Assembly: GCA_963695545.1 (NCBI GenBank)
Contig: OY968796.1
Location: 1,152,001-1,216,000 of the forward strand
Origin: Terriglobia bacterium
GTDB taxonomy: Bacteria > Acidobacteriota > Terriglobia > Acidiferrales > UBA7541
DNA: 64,000 bases
Reading direction: 5' to 3'
Shown here one piece after another: positions 31,096-41,560 of this stretch. How positions within the stretch are numbered: the stretch's first letter is position 1; each line of letters opens with the position of its first letter. The notes under the pieces are model-generated. The model saw only the letters and a list, made by a program, of their open reading frames with translations. It was not told the DNA's origin and did no database searches. The translations under genes and the position numbers were made by a program.

Positions 31096-32178
31096 ATGTT
31101 TGTTGACGAAGCCAAAATTTACGTGAAGGCCGGCGGCGGCGGAAACGGCTGCATGGCCTTCCGCCGGGAAAAATTCGTGCCGCGCGGCGGACCCTCCGGC
31201 GGCGACGGCGGCGCGGGCGGAAGCATCGTGCTCGAAGCCACGCCGCATGACAACACGCTGTTGCGCTACCGCTACAACCGCGAATTCCGCGCCGACCGTG
31301 GACGTCACGGCGAAGGCTCGAACTGCACCGGCCATTCCGGCGAGGACATGATACTGACGGTGCCGATAGGTACGCTTGTGTTCGACGATCAATCCGGCGA
31401 TCTGCTCGCCGACCTCACCACCGCCGGCCAGCGCGTCACCGTCGCGCAGGGCGGACACGGCGGCCGCGGCAATCAACATTTTGCGAAGCCCTGGCATCAG
31501 GCACCTCGCGAATTCGAGCCAGGCCAACCGGGCGAAGAGCGGCACTTGCGTCTCGAATTGCGCCTGCTCGCCGACGTCGGCCTTGTAGGCTTTCCCAACG
31601 CCGGTAAGTCCACGCTGATCTCGCGCATTTCCGCGGCGCGCCCGAAGATCGCCGATTATCCCTTCACCACGCTTGAGCCGCATCTCGGCGTCGTCTCCGA
31701 AGGCGACCCCGCCCGCGGCGGCGCGCGCACGTTCGTCGTCGCCGATCTGCCCGGCCTGATCGAAGGCGCGCACACAGGTGTGGGGCTAGGCGTGCGTTTT
31801 CTGCGTCACATCGAACGCACACGCCTCGTTGCGCACTTGATCGACACCAGCGACGCGTCCATCACCGATCCCGTGCGCGATTTCGAGATCATCGAAGGCG
31901 AACTGGCCGCCGCCAGCGCCGGCCTTGCCGAAAAAACAAAACTGGTCGTCGCCACCAAACTCGATGCCACAACCGATCGCACGCGTCTCAATCGTCTGCG
32001 CGATTTCTGCGCGGAGCGCTCGCTCGAATTTCACGCCATTTCCGCCGTCACCGGCGAAGGCATCCCCGCTCTGGTCCACGCCATGGCCGACGCGCTCGAT
32101 CGCTTGCCCGCCGCCGAGCGCCCTGAGCCTTCCGAGCCCGAAGAATCCGAACCCGCCGCCCGCGCGGAGGACAATTGA
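31096..32178 (+). CDS. obgE: GTPase ObgE
   Basis: [37 protein letters not shown]. Confidence 0.97.
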   Translation: MFVDEAKIYVKAGGGGNGCMAFRREKFVPRGGPSGGDGGAGGSIVLEATPHDNTLLRYRYNREFRADRGRHGEGSNCTGHSGEDMILTVPIGTLVFDDQSGDLLADLTTAGQRVTVAQGGHGGRGNQHFAKPWHQAPREFEPGQPGEERHLRLELRLLADVGLVGFPNAGKSTLISRISAARPKIADYPFTTLEPHLGVVSEGDPARGGARTFVVADLPGLIEGAHTGVGLGVRFLRHIERTRLVAHLIDTSDASITDPVRDFEIIEGELAAASAGLAEKTKLVVATKLDATTDRTRLNRLRDFCAERSLEFHAISAVTGEGIPALVHAMADALDRLPAAERPEPSEPEESEPAARAEDN

Positions 32179-32867
32179 GCGCGCGCGGTCCCCGCGGTCA
32201 GCGCATCGCGTTGTTCGGCGGCACGTTCGATCCCGTGCATTCCGGCCACATCGCCGTGGCGCGCGCCGCGCTGCGGCGCTTTCATCTCGATCGCATTTAT
32301 TTCATCCCATGCGGCCGTCCGCCGCACAAGCGCGGCAGAGAACTCGCGCCGTTTCCACATCGCTACGCCATGGTGGCGCTGGCCTGCGCGGGCCACCACA
32401 ACTTTGTGGCCTCGCTCGCGGAAGCGGGCAAGGATCTCGCGGGGCGCGAAGTGTTTTATTCGGTGGACACGGTCCGGAAATTTCGTAAGCAATCAATCGA
32501 GCGCGGCGACCATCTTTTTTTCCTGATGGGCGCCGACTCGTTTCTGCAAATCAAAACCTGGCGCACGCCGGAAATTCTGCTCGGCCTGTGTGATTTCATC
32601 GTCGCCAGCCGCCCCGGCTTCTCGAGCGACGCGTTGCGCCGCGCGGTTCCCGCATCGGTTTTGCCGCGTGCACAAAGCGCGCCGGCGAAGCGCGCCGCCG
32701 GAATTCTCGCCTTGCGCCGCACCACAGTTTTTCTGCTCGACGCCGTTTCGAGTCCCGTCTCCGCCACGGATGTCCGCTGGCGAATCAAGCACGGCCGATC
32801 GATTCGCGGGCTTGTGCCGGTCCGCGTCGAGGAATACATTACGCGGCAGGGCCTATACCAACGGTGA
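32175..32867 (+). CDS. nadD: Nicotinate-nucleotide adenylyltransferase
   Basis: [28 protein letters not shown]. Confidence 0.95.
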   Translation: MSARGPRGQRIALFGGTFDPVHSGHIAVARAALRRFHLDRIYFIPCGRPPHKRGRELAPFPHRYAMVALACAGHHNFVASLAEAGKDLAGREVFYSVDTVRKFRKQSIERGDHLFFLMGADSFLQIKTWRTPEILLGLCDFIVASRPGFSSDALRRAVPASVLPRAQSAPAKRAAGILALRRTTVFLLDAVSSPVSATDVRWRIKHGRSIRGLVPVRVEEYITRQGLYQR

Positions 32868-33277
32868 CCACGGACGGGCTTCGACACGAATTGCAGTGGG
32901 CCATCGAGGCGGCGCAGAGCAAGAAAGCCGCCGCCATGACGCTGCTCGACCTCACCAATCTCAGCGCATTCACGGGATCATTTTTATTGTGCAGCGGACT
33001 GAGCACGCGTCAGGTGGAAGCCATCAGCGACGCCATCGCCGAAGCCGGCGCGCGCCGCGGAATTCGTCTGGCGCATCGCGAAGGCAAATCCGGCGCGGAA
33101 TGGGTTTTGCTCGATTTCGGCCACGTCATCGCGCACGTCTTCACCGAGCGCGCGCGCAAATTCTACGATCTTGAGCGCCTCTGGCGCGCCGCTCGCCGTA
33201 CCGACATTCCCGACGTCGAAGATATGACGCCACGCGTCTCTCGCGCGCAGGCCGCCGAACACGAGGATTCCTTGTGA
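32864..33277 (+). CDS. rsfS: Ribosome silencing factor
   Basis: WVLLDFGHVIAHVF, RKFYDLERLW. Confidence 0.93.
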   Translation: MTTDGLRHELQWAIEAAQSKKAAAMTLLDLTNLSAFTGSFLLCSGLSTRQVEAISDAIAEAGARRGIRLAHREGKSGAEWVLLDFGHVIAHVFTERARKFYDLERLWRAARRTDIPDVEDMTPRVSRAQAAEHEDSL

Positions 33278-34206
33278 TCGACGCCGCCAGCGTTTGGGTG
33301 ACGGCCGATCCCGCTTCGGCAGCCGTATTGGAGCTTGCACGCCGGGTGGCGCAGACCGCCACGACGGCGCTGATCATCGGCGAGAGCGGCACCGGCAAAG
33401 ATCAACTCGCGCGCGCCATCCATCAGATGAGTCCGCGACGCGACGCCCCGCTTCTGAAAATCGATTGCGCCAGCATGCCGCAGGAACTTGTGGAATCCGA
33501 ACTGTTCGGTCATGAGCGCGGCGCTTTCACCGGCGCGGTCGAGCGCAAACGCGGGCGCCTCGAAATGGCCGCCGGTGGCACGATCGCGCTCGACGAAGTC
33601 GCCGCGCTTTCGACGGCCACGCAATCGAAACTGTTGCGCGTTCTCGACGAGCGATCGTTCGAGCGCCTCGGCGGCACCGAAACGCTCACCATCGACGCGC
33701 GTCTGCTCGCGCTGACCAACGCCGACCTCAGCCGCCTGGTTTCCGCCGGGCGCTTTCGCGAAGACCTCTTCTTTCGCTTGAGCGTGCTGACGATTCGCGT
33801 TCCCCCGCTGCGCGAGCGCCCTGGCGACATCGTGCCGCTCACCGACCATTTGCTCGAGCGCCTCGCCGCTGTGCACGGCAAGCCCGGCGCGCGCCTCACC
33901 GAGCCCGTGCGGCGCATGCTGCTTGCCTACTCGTGGCCCGGCAACGTCCGCGAACTCAAGAACGCGCTCGAACACGCGCTGGTTTTCGCCGCCTCGGACG
34001 CACTCGAGCCGCGCGATTTTCCCGAAAGCATTCGCGCGGCGGATACGCAACTCGGCGCGGGCTTGCACTCCCTCGAAGAACTTGAAAAAGAGGCGATCCG
34101 CGCCACGCTCGAAGCCACGCGCTACAAAATCACGCGCACGGCCGAAATCCTCGGTATCAGCCGCAAGACGCTCCTCGACAAACGCAAGAAATACGGCTTG
34201 AACTAG
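33274..34206 (+). CDS. sigma54-dependent activator (AAA+ and Fis-type HTH) without N-terminal regulatory domain
   Basis: GESGTGKD, ESELFGHERGAFTGA, LDEV, FREDLFFRL, WPGNVRELKN, HTH. Confidence 0.92.
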   Translation: MIDAASVWVTADPASAAVLELARRVAQTATTALIIGESGTGKDQLARAIHQMSPRRDAPLLKIDCASMPQELVESELFGHERGAFTGAVERKRGRLEMAAGGTIALDEVAALSTATQSKLLRVLDERSFERLGGTETLTIDARLLALTNADLSRLVSAGRFREDLFFRLSVLTIRVPPLRERPGDIVPLTDHLLERLAAVHGKPGARLTEPVRRMLLAYSWPGNVRELKNALEHALVFAASDALEPRDFPESIRAADTQLGAGLHSLEELEKEAIRATLEATRYKITRTAEILGISRKTLLDKRKKYGLN

Positions 34207-34231
34207 GAAAGAGACAAGAGGCAGAACCGCG

Positions 34232-34663
34232 ATGCGCATTCGTCTGGTGATGCTCGGCAAGACGCGTCGCCCTGAAATCCGCGCTCTCCTCGAAGATTAC
34301 GTCGCGCGCATTCGCCGCTACGCCGAAGTGGATTGGATCGAGTTGCGCGAAACTTCCGCGACCGCGATGCGCCGCGCCGAACCTTCGGAAAGCTCTACAG
34401 TGGTGTTGCTCGATCCAGCCGGGCGCACGCTCACTTCAGAAAAATTTGCGGGATGGTTGCGGGAAGCGCGCGATGGTGGCGTGCGCGAACTCGTATTTCT
34501 GTGCGGCGCAGCCGAGGGATTTCCGGAAGCTTGGCGGCGTCGCGCGGGAATGAAGCTATCTCTTTCCGCGCTCACCTTCTCGCACGAACTCGCGCGCGCC
34601 ATCCTCGCCGAACAGCTCTACCGCGCGTTCACGATTCTCGCGGGACACCCGTACCCGAAGTGA
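34232..34663 (+). CDS. rlmH: 23S rRNA (pseudouridine1915-N3)-methyltransferase
   Basis: GAAEG, SLSALTFSHELAR, EQLYRA, GHPYPK. Confidence 0.93.
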   Translation: MRIRLVMLGKTRRPEIRALLEDYVARIRRYAEVDWIELRETSATAMRRAEPSESSTVVLLDPAGRTLTSEKFAGWLREARDGGVRELVFLCGAAEGFPEAWRRRAGMKLSLSALTFSHELARAILAEQLYRAFTILAGHPYPK

Positions 34664-34706
34664 ACCCAGGCAGCTCGAACAATTTTGCGGGTTTGCTGAA
34701 AAATGT

Positions 34707-35402
34707 TTAACTGGCGACAGCCTGACGACGTGCCTCGATCCCGTCGAGCGCGCGCCACAACGCCTTCGCCGCGTTTTCTGCAGCGTCCAGCGCCGGCGTG
34801 GCCACATCAGGATCTTCCGAAATCAATCGGTCGAGTTGCTCGCGCCACACGCGGCTGTGGTACACGTCCGCCGTCGCGTGCAGTGTGAAGTATTCGCACG
34901 CTGCATCGTCGGCGCCATAGCGATCGCGCAGACCGCTCGCCTTCTCCGCCGCAACGCGCGGCACTTGCGATTCGTATGCGTAGAACGCTCCGAGCGCTTC
35001 GGCAGGACGCCCCGTGCGCGCCAAATTCTCAAAGCTCTCGATCAACTCGCGCACTTCAAGCAGCGGCTCGCTTGCAGCGACCTCCGCGGAATCCGCGCCC
35101 ATTGCCCGAGCGAATTCAAGCCAAATGGCATGGTGCGGGCGCCCGCCCGCCGCTTCCGTCCCCAATTCATCGGCTCGATTCTCGAGCACGGCCGTGCGCA
35201 GCGCCCCCTCCGGCAAACGCGCGGCCAGCGCGCCCAGATATTCCGGAAACGCGGCGACGTGATGATAGTAATCGCGCGCATATTCCCGCAATTCCTCGCG
35301 CGTCAATTCGCCGGCCTTCCACGCCTTATAAAATGGATGGCACAACAAGTCGTACTTCGCCGTGCGCCGCTCAAGCTCGCTCCAAAAAATGGTCTCGGAC
35401 AT
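34707..35402 (-). CDS. CADD/PqqC-like heme-oxygenase-like diiron protein (putative pABA synthase)
   Basis: HPFY-x2-W-x2-GELT, DYYHHV, ADE...PH, YAYESQVP, EK-x2-GL, YFTLH-x3-D-x2-H. Confidence 0.85.
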   Translation of the reverse strand: MSETIFWSELERRTAKYDLLCHPFYKAWKAGELTREELREYARDYYHHVAAFPEYLGALAARLPEGALRTAVLENRADELGTEAAGGRPHHAIWLEFARAMGADSAEVAASEPLLEVRELIESFENLARTGRPAEALGAFYAYESQVPRVAAEKASGLRDRYGADDAACEYFTLHATADVYHSRVWREQLDRLISEDPDVATPALDAAENAAKALWRALDGIEARRQAVAS

Positions 35403-35614
35403 TGACACGAAGTCTCTCCTTGTAAAAACTTGTGGAAACGCGAAATCGTTTCGTCAAGTGTAGCGCCCCGTACGGCGCCCAGTCCAGCAAATGACGGGCC
35501 TACGCACCGGCGTCTTGTGATCGCGCGCTGCTGTGCGGCTCCGCCCCGGCCCATGTTATGCTTCCTCCTTCCGTCTCCGCGCCGCAGGGCGTGGCGTCTT
35601 GTGACAAAATCTCC

Positions 35615-36151
35615 ATGCCCGACGACAAGGGACTCCTGATCGTTTACACCGGCCCGGGCAAGGGCAAGACCACCTGCGCTCTCGGCACCGCATTTCGCGC
35701 CGTGGGACAAGGCCTGCGCGTGATGATGGTCCAGTTCATAAAAGGCTCGTGGCATTACGGCGAGCTGGACGCCGCGGAAATGCTGGGCGAGGGAAAATTC
35801 GAGATTCGGCCGATGGGCCGCGGCTTCGTCAAGCTCGGGCAGGATCAGACCGATCCCGAAGATGTCCGCCTCTGCGAGCAAGCCTGGGAATTCGGCCGCG
35901 CGCAAATCGATAGCGGCCGTTACGATTTGGTTGTGCTTGACGAGATCAACTACGTGATCAGCTACAAGATGCTCGATCCGGAAAAGGTCGTCGCCGCGCT
36001 CGCCGCGCGGCCCGAACGTGTGCACGTGATCTGCACCGGACGCAACGCGCATCCCAAGCTCGTCGAGCTCGCGGACCTGGTGACGGAGATGCGCGAGATC
36101 AAGCATCCGTACACCAAGGGCGTGCTGGCTCAGCGCGGCATCGATTACTAG
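35615..36151 (+). CDS. cobO: Cob(I)yrinic acid a,c-diamide adenosyltransferase (CobO/BtuR)
   Basis: YTGPGKGKTT, QFIKG, VLDEI, TGRNA, KHPY. Confidence 0.93.
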   Translation: MPDDKGLLIVYTGPGKGKTTCALGTAFRAVGQGLRVMMVQFIKGSWHYGELDAAEMLGEGKFEIRPMGRGFVKLGQDQTDPEDVRLCEQAWEFGRAQIDSGRYDLVVLDEINYVISYKMLDPEKVVAALAARPERVHVICTGRNAHPKLVELADLVTEMREIKHPYTKGVLAQRGIDY

Positions 36152-36166
36152 GGCGGAGAATTTCCA

Positions 36167-37015
36167 ATGGCCTGGTTCAAGCGCGAAAAAAAATCGATCG
36201 ACCACCCGGTCCCGCCCGACGAGCGCACCGTGAAGACCGAAGGCCTGTGGACCAAGTGCGCAAGCTGCCGCACCATCGTCTGGAAAAAGGATCTCGAGGC
36301 CAATTTTTACGTCTGCCCGAAGTGTCAGCACCATTTCCGCGTCGGCTCGAAAAAGCGGCTCGAGCTGCTTCTTGACGGCCACTGGGTCGAGCACGACGCC
36401 GCGCTCGCATCGAGCGATCCTCTGCACTTCACGGACACCCGCCCCTACGCCACGCGATTGCGCAAGGCGCAGCGCGATCTCGGCATGGCTGACGCCATCG
36501 TCACCGCCGAAGGCCTGCTGAACGGCCGCCCCGTAATGTGTTGCTCGATGGAGTTCGGCTTCATCGCCGGTACCATGGGCGCCGTCGTCGGAGAGAAAGT
36601 GACCCGCGCGATCGAAATGGCCATCGAGCGGCGCCTGCCCTTGGTGATCGTTTCCTGCTCCGGCGGCGCGCGCATGATGGAAGGCACCATCAGCCTGCTG
36701 CAGCTCGCCAAAGTTTCGGCGGCGCTCGCGCGTCTGGACGAAGCGCGTCTCCCGTTTATTTCCGTGCTCACCGATCCCACCACCGGCGGCGTCACCGCCA
36801 GCTACGCCATGCTCGGCGATTTGAACATCGGCGAGCCCGGCGCCCTGATCGGCTTCGCCGGCGCGCGCGTGATCGAGCAAACCATCCGCCAGAAATTGCC
36901 CGAAGGTTTCCAGCGCTCCGAATTTTTATTGCAGCATGGATTTCTTGACGCCGTCGTGCATCGCAAGGATCTGAAAACCTACATCTCCTCGGCGCTCGAT
37001 TTTTTTCTGGCGTAG
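36167..37015 (+). CDS. accD: Acetyl-CoA carboxylase carboxyltransferase beta subunit
   Basis: LWTKC-x2-C...CPKC, SGGARMMEG, PTTGGVTAS, FQRSEFL. Confidence 0.97.
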   Translation: MAWFKREKKSIDHPVPPDERTVKTEGLWTKCASCRTIVWKKDLEANFYVCPKCQHHFRVGSKKRLELLLDGHWVEHDAALASSDPLHFTDTRPYATRLRKAQRDLGMADAIVTAEGLLNGRPVMCCSMEFGFIAGTMGAVVGEKVTRAIEMAIERRLPLVIVSCSGGARMMEGTISLLQLAKVSAALARLDEARLPFISVLTDPTTGGVTASYAMLGDLNIGEPGALIGFAGARVIEQTIRQKLPEGFQRSEFLLQHGFLDAVVHRKDLKTYISSALDFFLA

Positions 37016-37056
37016 CGCCGCACGAGAGTTTTCTTTTTCCGCCAACACCCGCTCCC

Positions 37057-38505
37057 ATGTCCGTCTCGCTCAATTACGATGAAGCCGTCCGCTACCTGCT
37101 CTCGCTCGGCCGCGAACTGGCTTCGCCGCAACAAGCCAGCGCCACGAAATTCGGCCTTGAAAACATTCGCGCTCTCGTCGAACACCTGGGCCACCCCGAG
37201 CGCCGCTATCCCTCCGCGCTCATCGCCGGCACGAATGGCAAAGGCTCCACCGCCACCATGCTCGCCTCGATCCTCGATTCCGCCGGAATGCGCACGGGCC
37301 TTTACACTTCGCCGCACCTCGCGCGCATCAACGAGCGCATTCGCATCTCCGGCCGCGAAATTTCCGACGACGATTTCGCCGCCGCTCTAGCGCGCATCCG
37401 CAAAGCCATCGAAGAACTGCTCGCAGCCGGCGATCTCGCGGCCCATCCAACTTTCTTCGAGTGCGTCACGGCCATGGCCTTCGATGAATTTGCCCGCGAG
37501 CGCGTCGATTTCGCTGTGTTCGAGGTCGGCATGGGCGGCCGTCTGGATGCGACCAACGTCATCGAGCCCGAAGTCGCCGTCATCACGCAAATCGCGTTCG
37601 ACCACGAAAATTTTCTAGGTCATTCCATCGAGGAAATCGCCGGCGAAAAAGCCGGCATCATCAAGCCCGGCGCGTGGGTGGTGAGCGCCGCGGAAAATCC
37701 ATCCGCGCGCGCCGTGATTCGCGCCCGCGCCGAAGCCCAGCACGCGCGCTTCGTCGAAATCGACGAAGCGTTTCACGTGAAACAATTGAGCGCCCCATAC
37801 GCCAGCGAAACCGCGAACGAAAGCGCGCCCGATTCGCTGCACGCCACCCACTTCGAGGCCATCGAGAAATCCTCAGACCGCGCAATCGAAATCACCGTGC
37901 CGCTCCCCGGCCGCTTCCAGCAGCGCAACGCCCTCGCCGCGCTCGCCGCAGCGCGCCTCCTCGCCGAGCGCGGATTCCCCCCGGTCTGCGCGGAGCGCAC
38001 TGCTTTAATCAACGATGCGGCCATCGCACGCGGCATCGCGCGAGTCCACTGGCCTGGCCGCCTCGAACGCATCGGCGATCGCCCCGCCGTGTACCTCGAC
38101 GGCGCTCACAATCCCGCGGGCGCGCGAGAACTCGTGGCTTTTTGGGATGAGCACTTCGCCGGCGTTCCAATTCATCTGGTTTACGGCGCGCTGCGCGATA
38201 AGCCTGTCGACGAAATCTGCGGCCTACTCTTCCCGCGCGCCGCCACCGTGATCATCACCGAGCCGCGCCAGCCCCGCGCGCTCTCCGCGTCCGTGCTAGC
38301 CGCCATGACAGCCCATTTCGCACACAACGTCGAGATCGTCCCCGATCCCGCCGTCGCTCTCGAGCGCGCGGTCCTCCGCGCCGCGCCCGAAGACGCCGTC
38401 TTCGCCACCGGCTCGCTCTACCTCATCGAAGACTACCGCCGCGGCTGGGCCAACGCCCACGCCGCCAGCGCTTCCTCGCCGCCGATCCGCGGAAGTTCAC
38501 GTTAA
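37057..38505 (+). CDS. folC: Folylpolyglutamate synthase / dihydrofolate synthase
   Basis: AGTNGKGST, YTSPHL, EVGMGGRLDATN, WPGRLE, DGAHNP, GSLY. Confidence 0.95.
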   Translation: MSVSLNYDEAVRYLLSLGRELASPQQASATKFGLENIRALVEHLGHPERRYPSALIAGTNGKGSTATMLASILDSAGMRTGLYTSPHLARINERIRISGREISDDDFAAALARIRKAIEELLAAGDLAAHPTFFECVTAMAFDEFARERVDFAVFEVGMGGRLDATNVIEPEVAVITQIAFDHENFLGHSIEEIAGEKAGIIKPGAWVVSAAENPSARAVIRARAEAQHARFVEIDEAFHVKQLSAPYASETANESAPDSLHATHFEAIEKSSDRAIEITVPLPGRFQQRNALAALAAARLLAERGFPPVCAERTALINDAAIARGIARVHWPGRLERIGDRPAVYLDGAHNPAGARELVAFWDEHFAGVPIHLVYGALRDKPVDEICGLLFPRAATVIITEPRQPRALSASVLAAMTAHFAHNVEIVPDPAVALERAVLRAAPEDAVFATGSLYLIEDYRRGWANAHAASASSPPIRGSSR

Positions 38506-38551
38506 AGCGCTGTGGTACGGAGCGGCCCAAACGCGCGGTCGTAAAGGAGAG

Positions 38552-38776
38552 ATGATGCCCGGCGAATCTCAAAAGCCAGTGTGGTGGAAAATCCTCGTAG
38601 GGCTAGTGTTACTTTATGTTGAAATCAAGAACCATTTTAGTCAGGCGCCCAATCTGATGAAGGCGCGCGATCCAGCCGAGCAGCTGGGGATGAACATAGC
38701 GATGGGATTCTTTATCGCGCTGGGATGCTGGTTACTCTACTCTGGAATCAAGCCAGTGTGGCGCAAAACCCTTTGA
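38552..38776 (+). CDS. Small 2-TM hypothetical protein
   Basis: SD AAGGAG, two hydrophobic segments, lower GC. Confidence 0.55.
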   Translation: MMPGESQKPVWWKILVGLVLLYVEIKNHFSQAPNLMKARDPAEQLGMNIAMGFFIALGCWLLYSGIKPVWRKTL

Positions 38777-38870
38777 ATAAAACCCGAGAGTTTGATTTCA
38801 AGCTGACCACCATTAAACCGGCCGTCGAGTTGCCCGCCTCCGCGAGCGGATGCTACGATTGCCGGTTCCC

Positions 38871-39677
38871 ATGGCCACTCCACCACACACCAAGCCGCGC
38901 GTCGGCGTCCCCTGGCGCAACACCGCCGAAGAGACCAAGAACCAGCGCCCGAAGATTGATCCCTATCTCGACGCCGTTCGCGCCGCCGGCGGCGAGCCCG
39001 TCCTGCTCTCGCTCGACCAATCGCCAGAAAAGCTAAAAGGTCTGGCGAACACGCTTGACGCCTTCGTCCTCCCCGGCAGCCCCTCCGACGTGGACCCCGC
39101 CCGTTACGGCGCGCCGAAGCACCCCGAGACGAGCGATGCTGACGCCGCGCGCGAGCGCATGGACGCAACTCTTCTCGACCACGCGCTCGCCACGCATAAG
39201 CCTGTGCTGGCCATCTGTTACGGCACGCAATTCCTGAATGTCTATATGGGCGGCAGCCTGTTTCAGGATCTGCCTGACGAAAAACCCAGCCCGATCCGCC
39301 ACGATCGCGAGGACGACGCGCCCGATTCCGAGCACGCCGCGCGCATTGAAGCCGGCCGCGTCGCGGAATTGGCGCACCGCGTCGGAGCAACTGAATCGGC
39401 GCGCCCCGCGCAGTCCGGCGCCGCCGCCGAACTTGTCGTCAACAGTTCGCATCACCAAGCCGTACGCGAGCCGGGCCGCGACCTGCGCGTTACCGCGCAT
39501 GCCGCCGACGGCACGATCGAGGGAGTCGAATACACCGGCCCAGCCGACTGGATCGTCGGCGTGCAATGGCATCCCGAGCGAATCTCGAACAAAGCCAGTG
39601 GCGCCGAACTTTCGCGAGCGTTGTTCCGCGAGCTGATCTCGGAATCCGCCGCGCGCCGCGCGAAGCGCACTGGCTGA
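38871..39677 (+). CDS. Gamma-glutamyl-gamma-aminobutyrate hydrolase / peptidase C26 family
   Basis: DVDPARYG, LAICYGTQ, VNSSHHQAV, GVQWHPE. Confidence 0.9.
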   Translation: MATPPHTKPRVGVPWRNTAEETKNQRPKIDPYLDAVRAAGGEPVLLSLDQSPEKLKGLANTLDAFVLPGSPSDVDPARYGAPKHPETSDADAARERMDATLLDHALATHKPVLAICYGTQFLNVYMGGSLFQDLPDEKPSPIRHDREDDAPDSEHAARIEAGRVAELAHRVGATESARPAQSGAAAELVVNSSHHQAVREPGRDLRVTAHAADGTIEGVEYTGPADWIVGVQWHPERISNKASGAELSRALFRELISESAARRAKRTG

Positions 39678-39762
39678 AAAAAAGCGATAGGCATCAGGGC
39701 GGCGCGATCCCGACACCCGCGCCAAACCCGCGCACAAAAAATAGGCACCAGAGAGGAACCGA

Positions 39763-40527
39763 ATGATCTCCTTGGCAGGCAAAGCGGCACTCGTCACTGG
39801 CGGCTCACGCGGCATCGGCGCCGCAACCGTAAAAATGTTCGCGCAAGCCGGCGCCGACGTGGTGTTCAGTTACAACCGCAATCGCGAGGCCGCCGCGCAA
39901 GTCGAGCAGGAAGCGCGCAAGCACGGCACGCGCATCGAATCGCTCAAAGCCGATCTGGGCCGCATGGCCGACGCCAAGCGCCTGGTCGGCTACACGATCG
40001 AGCGCCTCGGCCGCCTGGACATCCTGGTCGCGAACGCCGGCATCTGGAACGCCGTGGACGCGCCCATCGAAAAGTTGACCGAGCGCGAATGGGACGACAT
40101 GATGCGCGTAAATCTCAAAAGCGTCTACGACGTCACGCACTTCGCCTCCGCGCGCATGATCGCGCAGCGCTCCGGCCGCATCATCGGCTTAAGCTCCACC
40201 GCCGGACAGCGCGGCGAGGCCTTTCATTCCCACTACGCCGCCACCAAAGGCGCCGTCATCAGCTTTGTGAAAGCTCTTTCCACCGAACTCGCGCGCCACA
40301 ACATCCTCGTCAATTGCGTCGCCCCCGGCTGGGTCGATACCGACATGTCAAAGTCTGTCCTGGACAACAAGGAAGGCTTGAAGTTTGCCACCTCGGTGAT
40401 CCCTCTGCGCCGCGTCGCCAAAGCCGAAGAGGTCGCCGGCGCCGTACTGTTCCTCGCCTCCGACCTGGCAACCTTTATCACCGGCGAAGTGCTCAATGTA
40501 AATGGGGGATCGGTGTTGTGCGGATGA
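39763..40527 (+). CDS. SDR family oxidoreductase (FabG-like)
   Basis: TGGSRGIG, ANAG, YAATK, VAPGWVDT. Confidence 0.92.
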   Translation: MISLAGKAALVTGGSRGIGAATVKMFAQAGADVVFSYNRNREAAAQVEQEARKHGTRIESLKADLGRMADAKRLVGYTIERLGRLDILVANAGIWNAVDAPIEKLTEREWDDMMRVNLKSVYDVTHFASARMIAQRSGRIIGLSSTAGQRGEAFHSHYAATKGAVISFVKALSTELARHNILVNCVAPGWVDTDMSKSVLDNKEGLKFATSVIPLRRVAKAEEVAGAVLFLASDLATFITGEVLNVNGGSVLCG

Positions 40528-41453
40528 AAAATGCGGCGTGGATGAAAGCTGCTGTGCGGACGCACGATGTGGCGCGGATACGAAACGTTGTGCGCACGAG
40601 CTTGCGATTCGCGGTCCTAACTCTCGTAGCGCTGGCCCTCGCCGCCGCGCCGCTCCCGCTTCGCGCGCAGAACGACGAAGCGCTGATGCCCGACCAAAGC
40701 GCCGCCAAAGCCAAAGTCTTGCTGCAGCAGGAAATCGCTGCGCTCGGCGGCCAGGCCTATCTCACCGTGCACGATTACGTTTGCGAAGGACGCCTGGCTC
40801 AATTCGGTCACTCTGGCGACGTCACCGGCTATCCGCCCTTCAAGGATTTCTGGATTCTCCCCGACAAGAACCGCACCGAATGGGACAAAAAAGCCACCAT
40901 CGTCGATCTTTTCGCGGGCAACCAGGGCTGGTCGCTCGATCGCAGCGGCGTCAACGATCAGTCCGCCCAAGCCATCGCCGATTTCCGCGAACAAATCAGA
41001 GTGGATATGGACAACGTCCTGCGCTTTCGCCTCAACGAAGACGGCATGACCTTTCGTTACGCCGGCCCGGACATCGTCTATCTACAGCAGATCGACTGGG
41101 TCGAATTGGTCGATAAGAACGACACGACCATGCGCTTCGCGCTCGACGCATCCACGCACTTGCCGATTCAATACCAGGTGATCACACGAAATCCCGTCAC
41201 CCGCGAGCGCAGCGAGAAAGACACGCTCTATTCCGAATACATCCCCATCGACGGCGTGAACACCCCGCGCAAAGTTTCGCAGACGCAGGATGGCCGCGAA
41301 ATCTACGCCGCCGCTTACACCGGATGCCAGTACAACACCAATCTCGACGCCTACCTCTTCACCAAAAAATCCCTCGACGACCGCTACGCCCAGGAACCCA
41401 AACCGAAAAGCCAGAAGCCGGCGCCGCCAACGCATCCCGCTCCGTCGCACTGA
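40524..41453 (+). CDS. Secreted hypothetical protein (possible LolA-like fold)
   Basis: Signal-like segment; PDKNRTE; Y-x-E-Y-x-x-IDGV; host-like codon usage. Confidence 0.65.
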   Translation: MKNAAWMKAAVRTHDVARIRNVVRTSLRFAVLTLVALALAAAPLPLRAQNDEALMPDQSAAKAKVLLQQEIAALGGQAYLTVHDYVCEGRLAQFGHSGDVTGYPPFKDFWILPDKNRTEWDKKATIVDLFAGNQGWSLDRSGVNDQSAQAIADFREQIRVDMDNVLRFRLNEDGMTFRYAGPDIVYLQQIDWVELVDKNDTTMRFALDASTHLPIQYQVITRNPVTRERSEKDTLYSEYIPIDGVNTPRKVSQTQDGREIYAAAYTGCQYNTNLDAYLFTKKSLDDRYAQEPKPKSQKPAPPTHPAPSH

Positions 41454-41560
41454 ACATCGCGCCGCTCAGATCCCTGCGCGCCTCCCATTCCTCGCTCCGA
41501 TTGCGTCGTCGAGTGGCTTTACAGAGTACAATCGCTTGTTCTTGAACGGGAGGCTCTCGA

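Noticed and set aside
38506..38820. Small low-GC gene between folC and the C26 peptidase as a mobile cassette
   Set aside because: No convincing inverted repeats or TSD were found; it is kept only as a hypothetical CDS.
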